Below the pieces are notes generated by a model. It saw only the letters and a list, made by a program, of their open reading frames with translations. It made no database searches and was not told the DNA's origin. The translations under genes and the position numbers were made by a program. This document shows, in pieces, positions 1 to 9,487 of a DNA stretch of 64,000 nt. Within the stretch, counting starts at the first letter, position 1. Each line of letters begins with the position of its first letter. The stretch spans positions 115,049 through 179,048 of the forward strand of contig FR893375.1 in the NCBI GenBank assembly GCA_000433315.1, given 5' to 3'. This DNA is from Firmicutes bacterium CAG:345. Its GTDB lineage: Bacteria > Bacillota_I > Bacilli_A > RFN20 > CAG-288.

Positions 1-275
1 AAGCTTGCCAATTGCAGTTTGATTCCCGCTTTTGACTTCCCTTACCAAAATTTAGGTTTCTCGCTTGAGGGGCTTTCCGCGTTTCACCCAGATGTTTCCA
101 CCTGATTCGTCACTGTGGAGCGTTACAGAATATTCCATTTCAGGAAATCTTCCGCCGTCAGGGACTCCTCCCTGCCCAAAGTTATTTTTTCCTTTGGCAC
201 AAACACTACTTTCATCTCAGAAAGTGCGAGCATGGACTTTCCTCTAGTTTCCTAGCTGTCATCCGGACCGGATTT
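1..275 (-). ncRNA. rnpB: RNase P RNA, type B (Bacillus-like); 3' part runs off the left window edge
   Basis: The reverse complement contains the universally conserved GAGGAAAGTCCATGCTCGC (223-241). It also has GTGAAACGCGGAAAGCCCCTCAAGCGAGAAACCTAAATTTTGGTAAGGG (44-92), which parallels B. subtilis rnpB. The region is a GC-rich island in an AT-rich genome and lies next to gpsB, as in B. subtilis. Confidence 0.9.
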
Positions 276-279
276 ATTA

Positions 280-645
280 TTATTTTATATTGCTTGGGTT
301 AATACCTGCTTTAAAAAGAGCTTGTTCTAAAGTTGAAATTCTTTTTAGCAAATCTAAATTAGCCATAGATACGCTTTCATTATCAGAAATATTTTTCATT
401 TTTTCTTCCAAAACCGCTAAATTAGCTTCAGTTGTTGTCAAACGATCTTTTAACATTTTGTTAGTTTTATTGAGATTATCAATAAGTTCGTCTGTTTTTT
501 GAACATAAGCTTCAACTGCTTCATAATCACTAATTACAATATCTAAAAATGTATCAACTTGTGTAGCATTATAACCAGGTTTTGTTCCTTCGAAAACTTT
601 ATGAAAAACTTTATTGGAGTCCAATTTTAAATCTATCGGCATCAT
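280..645 (-). CDS. gpsB: Cell-cycle protein GpsB (DivIVA-domain protein)
   Basis: N-terminal DivIVA-like segment (GYNATQVDTFLDIVISDYEA), a coiled coil, and a C-terminal NLDLLKRISTLEQALF that resembles the GpsB C-terminus. GGAGG lies upstream of the internal ATGATG, so the start is set at M16 of the tracked ORF. Confidence 0.8.
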   Translation of the reverse strand: MMPIDLKLDSNKVFHKVFEGTKPGYNATQVDTFLDIVISDYEAVEAYVQKTDELIDNLNKTNKMLKDRLTTTEANLAVLEEKMKNISDNESVSMANLDLLKRISTLEQALFKAGINPSNIK

Positions 646-829
646 TAACCTCCGTCTTTTTATTTTAACATATTTACAAATTCTTAACAATAAAATAGAT
701 TTTTAAATATTTTACTGCTAATTATTCCACAATAAGTAATATGTTAGATTCTCCAGTCACTTAACAGCGATATATTTTTGTGTTAAAATATCACCCATAG
801 CATAGCTAAACAAAAAAAGGAGATTTATA

Positions 830-3800
830 ATGAATACCAATTCAATTAAATACTTTTTTCAAGATTTAATTCCATATTATATTCCTCATTGGCTTGAAGA
901 AGGCCAAATTTGGTTAAAAAGACAATGGGATAAAATTAAAAGAAATAAATATTGCCAAATAGGATTTATTTTATTTGTATTGTCTTTCTTATGTTTCGCC
1001 ACAACATATTTTACAAATATGTTTACCGTTCCTATGGGTGGTGATTATGTCTTACAAATGATTCCTTTTGCTTATAATGCTTATGATGATTGGCATTATT
1101 TCTTCCAAACAGGAGTTTTTCCTCTTTGGGACACATCAGGATTTCTCGGTGTAAACAATATTGGGGCTTATTCTTTTTATAATTTAACTTCTCCTTGGAC
1201 TCTTATATATTTAATTTTTCCTAGAAATTGGATTTCACAAATTCAAGGAATTTTACAAATGGTCAAAATAACCACTGCTGGATTGTTATTCTATTGTTAT
1301 CTTGGCTCTTTCAAAATGCAAGAATCAACAAAACGAATCGGAGCTATCGCCTTCGCATTCTGCGGATATATTTTCTATAATCTCTGGTTCCATTTCCTTG
1401 ATGTAGTTTGTTTTTTACCTTTGCTTTTATGGGGAATTGAAAGAGTACTGAGCAAAAAAGGGAATATCGTTTTGATAATTTCTATCTGCTTATTAGGATT
1501 TACCAATTATTTCTTCATGATATGTTTTTTGATTTCCAGTATGGTGTACGTTTTCTTCAGAGTAATTCAAACTTGGAAAACTCGTTCTGGAAATGAAACT
1601 TTAAGAATTTTTGCTGAAGGTGTTTTAGGATATCTAGCTGGCGTAATGATCACAGCTGTCGTTTGGATTCCTTCATTAAAAGTCGGTTTAAATATTTCTT
1701 CAATTAGAAATGGTTCAAATTATTTCAAACAATTACTCGATGCTAAAGATTCTTTATCCTTATTAAAATTATTGTTTGTTTTCCCAACAAGTTATGAAGC
1801 CGCTTATCCTCTATCATCGTTCTTCTTTATGAACTTCAATTGTTTCTCTAGCAATTTATATCGTCCAAGATGGTATAACAACACTATGAGTTCAATCTTT
1901 GTTTTCACTCCTTTAATGCTCATGCTTGTTCCTTCAATTTTAGATTCAATAAGAACCAAAAAATGGTCTCATCTTGTCGGATGTTTTGGCACAATGCTAA
2001 TGCTTTTTACTCCTTTTGCCTATTACGTATTTTTCGGTGGTTCTGCTTTATATGGCCGTTGGGAAGTTATGGCTTCTTGCTGGATGATTGTCTTTTTCTT
2101 AATTCACTTTGAAAACAGAAAAGAAATGCCTAAATACTATTTAGATATAAGTATTGTCTTTTCAATTACCATGATGATTATCACATATTTCTTAGCCGAT
2201 AATATTCAAAAGAACAATACCAATACATTCTATGATCCTGATGGTCGAAACTGGGTTGTCATATATCAAATTATTTATTCTTTAATTTGCTATGTTATCA
2301 TGCGCACAATGTTCAAAAAGCAACAACTTCCAAATATTGTTTTGGCTTTAGTTGCTTTAGAAGCTGTAATTCAAGGAAATGCGACAATCGTTGGTCAAGG
2401 AGTTCAAAGATATCAAGATTTAGCTGGAGGTATCAACAATCTTTCACAAGAAAGAGAAATAGTCTCTGCCTTAAATAATTACGATACAACTTTCTTTAGA
2501 ATTTTTGATTCTACCGTAGATCGCGGTGCCAATAACTATCAAATGAACATCGGATACAATGGTATATCAACATTTAACACTAACTACGCTACTGATTTAA
2601 GAGATATGTTAAGATGGTCAAGAATTAATTACAATGATTCTTGGTCGATGAGTGTCAATGAAAAAAGATATAATCTTGATTCAATATTAGGCATTAAATA
2701 CTATTTATTAAAAGCAGATGATGTCAACATTCCTTATGGTTTTGTCGATGTCTCAACACTTGATGCAAATGGCGATGAAGAATTAAAAAATTTACAAAAT
2801 GTTCTTGAAAAGAATAAAACAAATCACAAATTATATTTAAATACTCGCTATATCGATACATTCTTTACATATGACACATTAATTTCTTCTAGTGCTATGT
2901 CCACAAGTTATGTAAATGAAAATAAAAATGAAACAGTTTACTTAAAATACGGAATAATCAATAGCGATGATTTAAAGACTTTAAAATCTGAAGATGCAAA
3001 AACATTTAATCATCTTTCTGGAGAAAATGATACTTTGAACAATTCTTCATCTTATTATTCAAAAGCAACAAGAACTTTATCAAATGCAAGTTATAATTTA
3101 GAAGTTAGAATTCCTGACTGGTCTTCTGATGGAAGTCATATTTTAGGAACTGAAAATGGAAGCTATAATGAAGTTTCTGAAATAGAAAGCGATATGATTT
3201 ATACAAGATGGAATGATCTTGATAAATCCCATAGCAAAACTCCTATAGATGAAGATGGAAATGAATATGTCATCAATGGTTATCTTCCTTATTGGACAAG
3301 AATCGTAATGAATTTCAATACTCCTGTCTGCTCTGGAGCTAATCGCGATGATAAGGATTCCGGTTGCTATGTCAGTGTTAATGCTAAATTCGGCTTCAAT
3401 TTAAAATTCTTCCTAATCGATGAAGATGATCAAATAATCAATTATGATCACCATTATGTTAATACCTATGATGGTTCTTATGACTGGAAATATGCCCGTG
3501 GATTTTATACAGATCGACCAGTTAAAAAGATTGTTGGATTTGTCATGGGTGATATTCGTGGAAATAATACAACTTCACTCACAAATATGTTCCCACAACC
3601 TTCAGTTCAATATTCATATTATTCTCAATACATTGAAGATACAGATAAGCAACTTGAAGAGAATAAACACTACAATATCATCTATCGTGACGCAAATACT
3701 TTGAAATTTACTACTGATTTCACTGAAGATAAATTACATTATACAGTCTTGAATATTCCATACGATAATGGTTGGACTTTAACACGCTCTTATATTGAAG

Positions 3801-4141
3801 GTGGAAAAGCAACATCAGAAAATGTTAAAATGTATCGCTCACAAGGCGGATTAATCGGATTTGAATCTATTAATAGCAACGAAGAAAATCAATTTATAAA
3901 CTACACTTTGTCCTATAGTCCAGAAGGATTAAGCCAAGGAGCAAAATATACCATTATAGGTCTTTTGATCTTCTTAGGAATGTCATATATTTATATGGCT
4001 ATGCACATCAATGATAAGTTTTACAAATATTCTTATATGAATATAAAAACTCATTGGTACGATAAAGAAATTTGGGAAAAAGAAAAGAAAATTAAAAGAC
4101 GTTACAATGTAAACCCTAATAGTAGAAAGAGGAAAAGATAA
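830..4141 (+). CDS. YfhO-family polytopic membrane protein (putative glycosyltransferase), unusually long at 1103 aa
   Basis: N-terminal [11 protein letters not shown]...FPLWD...SPW pattern typical of YfhO. Many hydrophobic helices are followed by a large hydrophilic domain and a terminal TM helix. AGGAG RBS at about 816. Confidence 0.7.
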   Translation: MNTNSIKYFFQDLIPYYIPHWLEEGQIWLKRQWDKIKRNKYCQIGFILFVLSFLCFATTYFTNMFTVPMGGDYVLQMIPFAYNAYDDWHYFFQTGVFPLWDTSGFLGVNNIGAYSFYNLTSPWTLIYLIFPRNWISQIQGILQMVKITTAGLLFYCYLGSFKMQESTKRIGAIAFAFCGYIFYNLWFHFLDVVCFLPLLLWGIERVLSKKGNIVLIISICLLGFTNYFFMICFLISSMVYVFFRVIQTWKTRSGNETLRIFAEGVLGYLAGVMITAVVWIPSLKVGLNISSIRNGSNYFKQLLDAKDSLSLLKLLFVFPTSYEAAYPLSSFFFMNFNCFSSNLYRPRWYNNTMSSIFVFTPLMLMLVPSILDSIRTKKWSHLVGCFGTMLMLFTPFAYYVFFGGSALYGRWEVMASCWMIVFFLIHFENRKEMPKYYLDISIVFSITMMIITYFLADNIQKNNTNTFYDPDGRNWVVIYQIIYSLICYVIMRTMFKKQQLPNIVLALVALEAVIQGNATIVGQGVQRYQDLAGGINNLSQEREIVSALNNYDTTFFRIFDSTVDRGANNYQMNIGYNGISTFNTNYATDLRDMLRWSRINYNDSWSMSVNEKRYNLDSILGIKYYLLKADDVNIPYGFVDVSTLDANGDEELKNLQNVLEKNKTNHKLYLNTRYIDTFFTYDTLISSSAMSTSYVNENKNETVYLKYGIINSDDLKTLKSEDAKTFNHLSGENDTLNNSSSYYSKATRTLSNASYNLEVRIPDWSSDGSHILGTENGSYNEVSEIESDMIYTRWNDLDKSHSKTPIDEDGNEYVINGYLPYWTRIVMNFNTPVCSGANRDDKDSGCYVSVNAKFGFNLKFFLIDEDDQIINYDHHYVNTYDGSYDWKYARGFYTDRPVKKIVGFVMGDIRGNNTTSLTNMFPQPSVQYSYYSQYIEDTDKQLEENKHYNIIYRDANTLKFTTDFTEDKLHYTVLNIPYDNGWTLTRSYIEGGKATSENVKMYRSQGGLIGFESINSNEENQFINYTLSYSPEGLSQGAKYTIIGLLIFLGMSYIYMAMHINDKFYKYSYMNIKTHWYDKEIWEKEKKIKRRYNVNPNSRKRKR

Positions 4142-5226
4142 TGGAAAAAGATTATGTATTAGACACAGCTGAAATTACCAAAAAACGCTATGATGAAATA
4201 GATAGATTATTAACAGATGATGAAATTTTAAAAGATTCTGATAAAGTTCGCAGTTTAAATATTGAACATAGCAATATTGAAGAAACAGTAAATCTATATA
4301 ATCAATATCTCCAAGCTAAACAAAACAAGGAAGATGCTGAATTATTAAAGATGGAAAAAGATCCTGAATTACAACTTTTAGGTTCTGAAGAATACACAAA
4401 GCAATCAAATTTAATGGAAGAATTATATGATAAGATTCAAATCTCATTGCTTCCTAAAGATGAAAATGATGGGAAAAACATTATCATGGAAATCCGTGGT
4501 GCTGTCGGCGGTGATGAAGCAAATATTTTCGCTGGTGATCTTTATAGAATGTATGTTAAATACGCTGAAAAAAATCATTGGAAAATGCAACTTATCGATG
4601 AATCTCCTACAAGTTTTGGGGGATTTTCCTTCGTTTCATTTAAAATTAAAGGGAAAGATGTCTATTCAAAGTTAAAATTTGAAAGTGGATCCCACCGTGT
4701 TCAACGTGTTCCGAAGACAGAGACAAATGGTCGAATTCATACATCAACTGCCACGGTATTAGTTATGCCAGAAACAACCGCAGTAGATGTAAAAATCAAC
4801 GAAAGCGATCTTGAAATAGATACATATAGAAGCCAAGGTGCCGGTGGACAAAACGTCAATAAAACTGAAAGTGCCGTTCGTATTACCCATGTACCTACTG
4901 GAATTGTTGTCACCTGCCAAGTCGAAAGATCACAAATACAAAACCGTGAAATAGCAATGGAACTTTTAAGAGCTAGATTAAAAGCCAAATATGATGAAGA
5001 ACAAAATGCTAAAATCGGTGCTGAAAGAAGACTTAAAGTTGGTACTGGCGAAAGAAGCGAAAAAATTAGAACCTACAATTATCCACAAAATAGAGTTACC
5101 GATCATAGAATTGGCTTTACAACACAAAAACTTGATCGTGTAATGGAAGGTGAATTGGATGAAATTATTGAAGCTCTTTTAACTGAGCATCAAAAAGATT
5201 TAGTCTTGGAGTCAATGAAAAAGTGA
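4141..5226 (+). CDS. prfA: Peptide chain release factor 1
   Basis: GGQ motif ([20 protein letters not shown]), [17 protein letters not shown] block, and prmC immediately downstream. Confidence 0.95.
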   Translation: MEKDYVLDTAEITKKRYDEIDRLLTDDEILKDSDKVRSLNIEHSNIEETVNLYNQYLQAKQNKEDAELLKMEKDPELQLLGSEEYTKQSNLMEELYDKIQISLLPKDENDGKNIIMEIRGAVGGDEANIFAGDLYRMYVKYAEKNHWKMQLIDESPTSFGGFSFVSFKIKGKDVYSKLKFESGSHRVQRVPKTETNGRIHTSTATVLVMPETTAVDVKINESDLEIDTYRSQGAGGQNVNKTESAVRITHVPTGIVVTCQVERSQIQNREIAMELLRARLKAKYDEEQNAKIGAERRLKVGTGERSEKIRTYNYPQNRVTDHRIGFTTQKLDRVMEGELDEIIEALLTEHQKDLVLESMKK

Positions 5227-6038
5227 AAGCTTATGAGTTTCTAAGAATATTAACTAAAAACTCAAAATACGACTATTTTGCTAGTCGTCGTTTAATCGAG
5301 CGCTTATTTTCATTAAAATACGAATTAAGCAGCGAGCTTGAATTAGATGATAATATACTTCAACCTATTTTAAAAACTATAAAGAACAACCCAAATTATC
5401 CTATTGATTACTTAATTGGTGAAGTGACTTTTTATAAATTAAAATTCAAAATTACTCCAGCCGTATTGATTCCACGACAAGAAACTGAAGAATTAGTGGA
5501 TTTGATAATCAAACGCTATGCATCAACTAAAAAATTTACCAATATTTTAGACATTGGAACTGGAAGTGGAGTTATCGGTATTTCGCTCAGCAAACAATTA
5601 AATATTCCTGTTACATTATCTGATTTATCTGTACCTGCTTTAAAAGTTGCAACATTAAATGCCAAACATAATAACGTAGACTACGAAATTGTGCAAAGCG
5701 ATTTTCTATCCGAATTTCTTAGAAGCAAAAAAACGTTTGATTTAATTGTTTCAAATCCGCCTTATATCGGAACAGATGATGAAATTGGAGAAGAAATAAA
5801 ATACGAACCAGAAATGGCTTTATTTGCTCCTAATAATGGAATGGAACCATATTATCGAATTTTAACAAATCTTTCCAAAGTTCTTTCAAAAGATGGAATA
5901 GCTTTTTTTGAAACTTCAGCGTTGCATCATGATGAATATTTGAAATTCAAATCTTTTTTTCCAAGATTCAATTATGAATTTTTAAAAGATTATTCGAACA
6001 AATGGAGATTTATGATAGTAACAAAAAAGAATATTTGA
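5223..6038 (+). CDS. prmC: Release-factor glutamine N5-methyltransferase PrmC/HemK
   Basis: SAM-binding DIGTGSG and catalytic NPPY (VSNPPYIG). The GTG start overlaps the prfA stop. Confidence 0.9.
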   Translation: MKAYEFLRILTKNSKYDYFASRRLIERLFSLKYELSSELELDDNILQPILKTIKNNPNYPIDYLIGEVTFYKLKFKITPAVLIPRQETEELVDLIIKRYASTKKFTNILDIGTGSGVIGISLSKQLNIPVTLSDLSVPALKVATLNAKHNNVDYEIVQSDFLSEFLRSKKTFDLIVSNPPYIGTDDEIGEEIKYEPEMALFAPNNGMEPYYRILTNLSKVLSKDGIAFFETSALHHDEYLKFKSFFPRFNYEFLKDYSNKWRFMIVTKKNI

Positions 6039-6049
6039 GGAGCTGAAAA

Positions 6050-6604
6050 ATGAAAAAATGTTATACCTTTATTGCTGATGGAAATGAAGAAGGGGAATAT
6101 ATCAATGTAGTTGATATTTTAAAAAGAGCTGGAATCGAAACAAAAACAATTTCTATAACCAATTCTTTGGATGTAAAATTCTCTCACGGAATTGTCATTA
6201 AAGCTGATAATCTTTTAGAAAATTATTCCTATGAAGATGCTGATATATTATTTTTTCCCGGTGGAATGCCTGGAGCGGCAAATTTGTCAAACAATTCAAA
6301 AATTATCAAATTAATTGATAAACAATTAGAAAATAATAAAAGAATAGCTGCAATTTGTGCAGCTCCTGCAGTAATTTTAGGGCATCACGGATTTTTAAAA
6401 AATAAAAAGGCTACATGCTATCCTGGATTTGAACAATATTTAAAAGATGCTATATACTGTTCAGAAAAAGTTATAACAGACGGATTAATATCTACAGCAA
6501 GAGGTCTAGGTGCAAGTATAGATCTTGGATTAGAAATAATTAAATTATTATTCGATGAGAAAAAATCAATTGATATTGCAAAACAAATTCAATATTTAAT
6601 TTAA
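6050..6604 (+). CDS. DJ-1/PfpI family protein
   Basis: Nucleophile elbow AAICAAP, about 184 aa, typical DJ-1/ThiJ layout. GAGG RBS. Confidence 0.8.
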   Translation: MKKCYTFIADGNEEGEYINVVDILKRAGIETKTISITNSLDVKFSHGIVIKADNLLENYSYEDADILFFPGGMPGAANLSNNSKIIKLIDKQLENNKRIAAICAAPAVILGHHGFLKNKKATCYPGFEQYLKDAIYCSEKVITDGLISTARGLGASIDLGLEIIKLLFDEKKSIDIAKQIQYLI

Positions 6605-6621
6605 ATTTTTTCAAAAAAATA

Positions 6622-6650
6622 TTGCATTATAATTTGGCACATGCTACAAT
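6622..6650 (+). promoter_or_regulatory. Sigma-A type promoter of the tRNA pair
   Basis: TTGCAT (6622-6627), a 17-nt spacer, then TACAAT (6645-6650), 10 nt upstream of the tRNA-Asn 5' end. Confidence 0.7.
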
Positions 6651-6659
6651 AATCAAGCC

Positions 6660-6735
6660 GCTTAGTTAGCTCAGCTGGCAGAGCAATCGGCTGTTAACCG
6701 ATCGGTCGCAGGTTCGAGCCCTGCACTAAGCGCCA
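6660..6735 (+). tRNA. tRNA-Asn (anticodon GTT)
   Basis: Cloverleaf folded by hand: acceptor GCTTAGT/ACTAAGC, anticodon loop CTGTTAA, T-loop GGTTCGAGCC, encoded CCA. Confidence 0.95.
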
Positions 6736-6743
6736 TTTTATAT

Positions 6744-6820
6744 GGCCCGTTGGAGAAGTGGCTTAACTCACATGCCTTTCACGCATGCACTCATGGGTTC
6801 GAATCCCGTACGGGTCACCA
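6744..6820 (+). tRNA. tRNA-Glu (anticodon TTC)
   Basis: Acceptor GGCCCGT/ACGGGTC, anticodon stem CATGC/GCATG with loop CTTTCAC, T-loop GGTTCGAATCC, encoded CCA. Confidence 0.95.
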
Positions 6821-6835
6821 TCTTGGTAAATTATG

Positions 6836-6864
6836 TTCGATACTGAAGTATCGGACTTTTTTTA
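6836..6864 (+). terminator. Rho-independent terminator after the tRNA pair
   Basis: CGATAC-TGAA-GTATCG hairpin followed by a T7 run. Confidence 0.7.
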
Positions 6865-7145
6865 TGCCAAAATTAAATGAAAAATCCATTTTATAATTTT
6901 TACAATTAAGCTTTTTATTTTCATTTTTTGAATTAAATTTATTTAAGCATTATAAAATTTGTGCATGATTAGAAGCGCTAATTTTTATTAAAATTCTTCA
7001 TTAATTACAATATATTAATTAGATAACTTTTTTATAATTTTTTGTAATTTATCATTTTTACAATTTCAACATTAATATTATTTTTTTCTTTTATAATGAA
7101 CAAAAATTCATTATAATATCGAAAGTACATAGGAGGAATACAAAA

Positions 7146-7778
7146 GTGCTACACATTGTTGATCATCCATTAATTAAACTCAAACTATCCATTATGAGAG
7201 ACGAAAAAACAAAAAGTAAAGAATTCAGAGAAAATTTAAATGAAATTTCATCTTTGATGAGTTATGAAGTCTTTAAAGATTGCAAAGTCCATAATGAAAA
7301 AGAAACATTTACTACTCCAACAGGAAGCGTCTTACCTAAAGTTAAACTCGATTTAAAAATTGTCCTCGTCGCTATTCTCCGTGCCGGTGTCGGTATGTTA
7401 GATGGTGTTAGAAATATGATCCCTACAGCTAGAGTTGGTCATATCGGTATGTATCGCGATGAAGAAACTCTTCAACCTCATGAATACTATTACAAATTAC
7501 CAGATGTTCCAAAAGATGAATCTTTAATATTAATTGTTGATCCAATGTTAGCAACTGGTGGAAGCGCAATAGCTGCTATTCAAGCTATCAAATCACGTGG
7601 CTTTAAACACATCAGACTTATGTGCTTAGTTGGCTGCCCTGAAGGTGTAAAAGCTGTCGAAGAAGCCTTCCCTGATGTTGATATATATTTAGCCGCTGTC
7701 GATGAAAAACTCAACGAACATGGCTATATTATTCCTGGACTTGGAGATGCCGGCGACCGTATCTTCGGTACAAAATAA
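7146..7778 (+). CDS. upp: Uracil phosphoribosyltransferase
   Basis: HPLIKLKLSIMRD N-terminus, PRPP-binding VDPMLATGGS, C-terminal YIIPGLGDAGDRIFGTK. GTG start with AGGAGGA RBS. Confidence 0.95.
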   Translation: MLHIVDHPLIKLKLSIMRDEKTKSKEFRENLNEISSLMSYEVFKDCKVHNEKETFTTPTGSVLPKVKLDLKIVLVAILRAGVGMLDGVRNMIPTARVGHIGMYRDEETLQPHEYYYKLPDVPKDESLILIVDPMLATGGSAIAAIQAIKSRGFKHIRLMCLVGCPEGVKAVEEAFPDVDIYLAAVDEKLNEHGYIIPGLGDAGDRIFGTK

Positions 7779-7792
7779 ATTTTTATATTCAA

Positions 7793-7826
7793 AAAGCTCA
7801 AAACGATAAATTTTGAGCTTTTTTAT
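7793..7826. terminator. Bidirectional terminator between convergent upp and the 5'-nucleotidase gene
   Basis: AAAGCTCAAAA / TTTTGAGCTTT hairpin flanked by A and T runs. Confidence 0.7.
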
Positions 7827-7833
7827 TACCTTT

Positions 7834-9378
7834 TTAAAAAGGATAATCAGAAGTACTGATAGAGTTTAATTTTTTCAATTCACTTGATAACAAATCACGA
7901 ATGTAAAGTGTTTCACCATCAATATATTTTCCACCATCTTCTTCATAAAGAGGATAACCTGGTGTCGTTGTTAAAAAATCTATCGTAACAATATTATATT
8001 CTTTATTGTTATCAATATTTAAATTTTCTGATGATGGATAAAAGAAATGATTAGTTATTGCCGAACTCACTCTGTCTCCTGGTAGTGTTACATATCTTAC
8101 CGTATTATCGAATGGACTCACTGAATAAATATCTTCATAAGTAACATAATCAGGATAGCTACTTTTAATTAAATCTGCTCTCACTCCACCTTTATTATGA
8201 ACAGCTATAACATTGGTAAGTCCCTTGCTGACCGCAAAATCATACATTGTTTTCGTGATGAGCATTCCTAAATTTCCACTATTAGAACTATTGCCATATC
8301 TATCAAATGGGCCATCGATTTGTACTATTTTTTCATCAAGTATGGTCTGAACACTATCTTTATATTTCGTAATTATACTTTGAGTTTCTTCAGATAACTT
8401 TGTCTCCTTGATTTCTCTTTTTCCAAATGTTTTTATTTCGTGGCTAACATATCCATCAACATTCAATATAATTTTCGAATATGCTTTTCCACTATTAGAA
8501 GCTTCTAAAATAGGAATATTTTTTCCATCTATTTGATCTACACTATCTATAAGTGCATGGGTATGTCCTAAAATTACCGAGTCGATTAATCCGGTAGAAA
8601 CAATTCTTTTTACAGCGGAAGTATCTCCCTGATGGGTTAGAAATATAACAAAATCCGCACCTTGTTCTTTTAACTTTTTAGCTTCATTTTCTACCAAAGG
8701 AATATCATCTTTTATATCAAAATCCTTTACTTGATTATACGATATTGAACTATCTATTCCTGCCATAATGGAGCCAACAATTCCTACTTTATAACCACCT
8801 TTTTGAACAATTGTACTTGGAACTAATCCAGAAACAAGATCATTTGTTTCTCTATCAAAAATATTGCAAGATAAAAATTTATAATTAGCTATATCTTTAT
8901 TTTTTTCTAAAACTGTTTTTAATCCCCAATCAAATTCATGATTTCCTATTGCCATTGCATCAAATGGAAAAGAATTCATAATTTCACTCATAGCTTGCCC
9001 TTGAGTTAAATTAGAAACACCTGTTCCTTGGAACATATCTCCAGCCGAAACAAATATAGAATAGTCAGGATTATAATCTTTATCGTAGTTATAAATATAT
9101 TCTCGAATTTTAGCAAGTCCCATTATATTAGAACTCGAATCTTCTTCAATTCTTCCATGTGTATCATTAACTGCATAAATTACTAAATTATGATTTTCTT
9201 TCGTCGATGAAGAACTTGTAGATGAACTTGATGATGAAGAGGAAATAGATTCTGATGGAATAGAAGAGCTAGTAGAATTAGAAGAGCTTGATGAAATGTT
9301 AGATGAACTATTTAAGTTAGTATTGCAAGAAGCTAAAGAAAATAGACATAATAAAGAAATAAAAAATTTGTTTTTCAT
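7834..9378 (-). CDS. Lipoprotein, bifunctional metallophosphatase/5'-nucleotidase family
   Basis: Lipobox LASC. A Ser-rich linker precedes calcineurin-like motifs (NDTHGR, GDMFQG, GNHEFD, GHTH) and a 5'-nucleotidase C-terminal-like domain. Confidence 0.85.
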   Translation of the reverse strand: MKNKFFISLLCLFSLASCNTNLNSSSNISSSSSNSTSSSIPSESISSSSSSSSTSSSSTKENHNLVIYAVNDTHGRIEEDSSSNIMGLAKIREYIYNYDKDYNPDYSIFVSAGDMFQGTGVSNLTQGQAMSEIMNSFPFDAMAIGNHEFDWGLKTVLEKNKDIANYKFLSCNIFDRETNDLVSGLVPSTIVQKGGYKVGIVGSIMAGIDSSISYNQVKDFDIKDDIPLVENEAKKLKEQGADFVIFLTHQGDTSAVKRIVSTGLIDSVILGHTHALIDSVDQIDGKNIPILEASNSGKAYSKIILNVDGYVSHEIKTFGKREIKETKLSEETQSIITKYKDSVQTILDEKIVQIDGPFDRYGNSSNSGNLGMLITKTMYDFAVSKGLTNVIAVHNKGGVRADLIKSSYPDYVTYEDIYSVSPFDNTVRYVTLPGDRVSSAITNHFFYPSSENLNIDNNKEYNIVTIDFLTTTPGYPLYEEDGGKYIDGETLYIRDLLSSELKKLNSISTSDYPF

Positions 9379-9487
9379 ATCTTTAATTTATCATATCTTC
9401 CTAACAAATAAAATTAAAAACATTTTAAACTTAATTTATTCTTATCAAATCGTCAACATGATATAATCAATACCGCTGGGAGAAATT

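Noticed and set aside
65-247. 60-aa plus-strand ORF at the left edge
   Set aside because: It lies entirely antisense within the RNase P RNA gene. Its GC-rich, open appearance comes from the structured RNA, and it has no RBS.
6865-7145. 280-nt AT-rich spacer downstream of the tRNA pair, examined as a possible integration scar or mobile-element remnant
   Set aside because: There is no integrase or transposase fragment and no direct repeat of the tRNA 3' end. The only ORFs are very short. It looks like ordinary promoter and spacer DNA for upp.
9190-9310. Repetitive AGA/TGA-rich tract that looked like a possible tandem or CRISPR-like repeat
   Set aside because: It is the Ser-rich linker (SSSSNSTSSS...) of the 5'-nucleotidase lipoprotein on the minus strand. 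This is imperfect codon-level repetition with no repeat-spacer periodicity.
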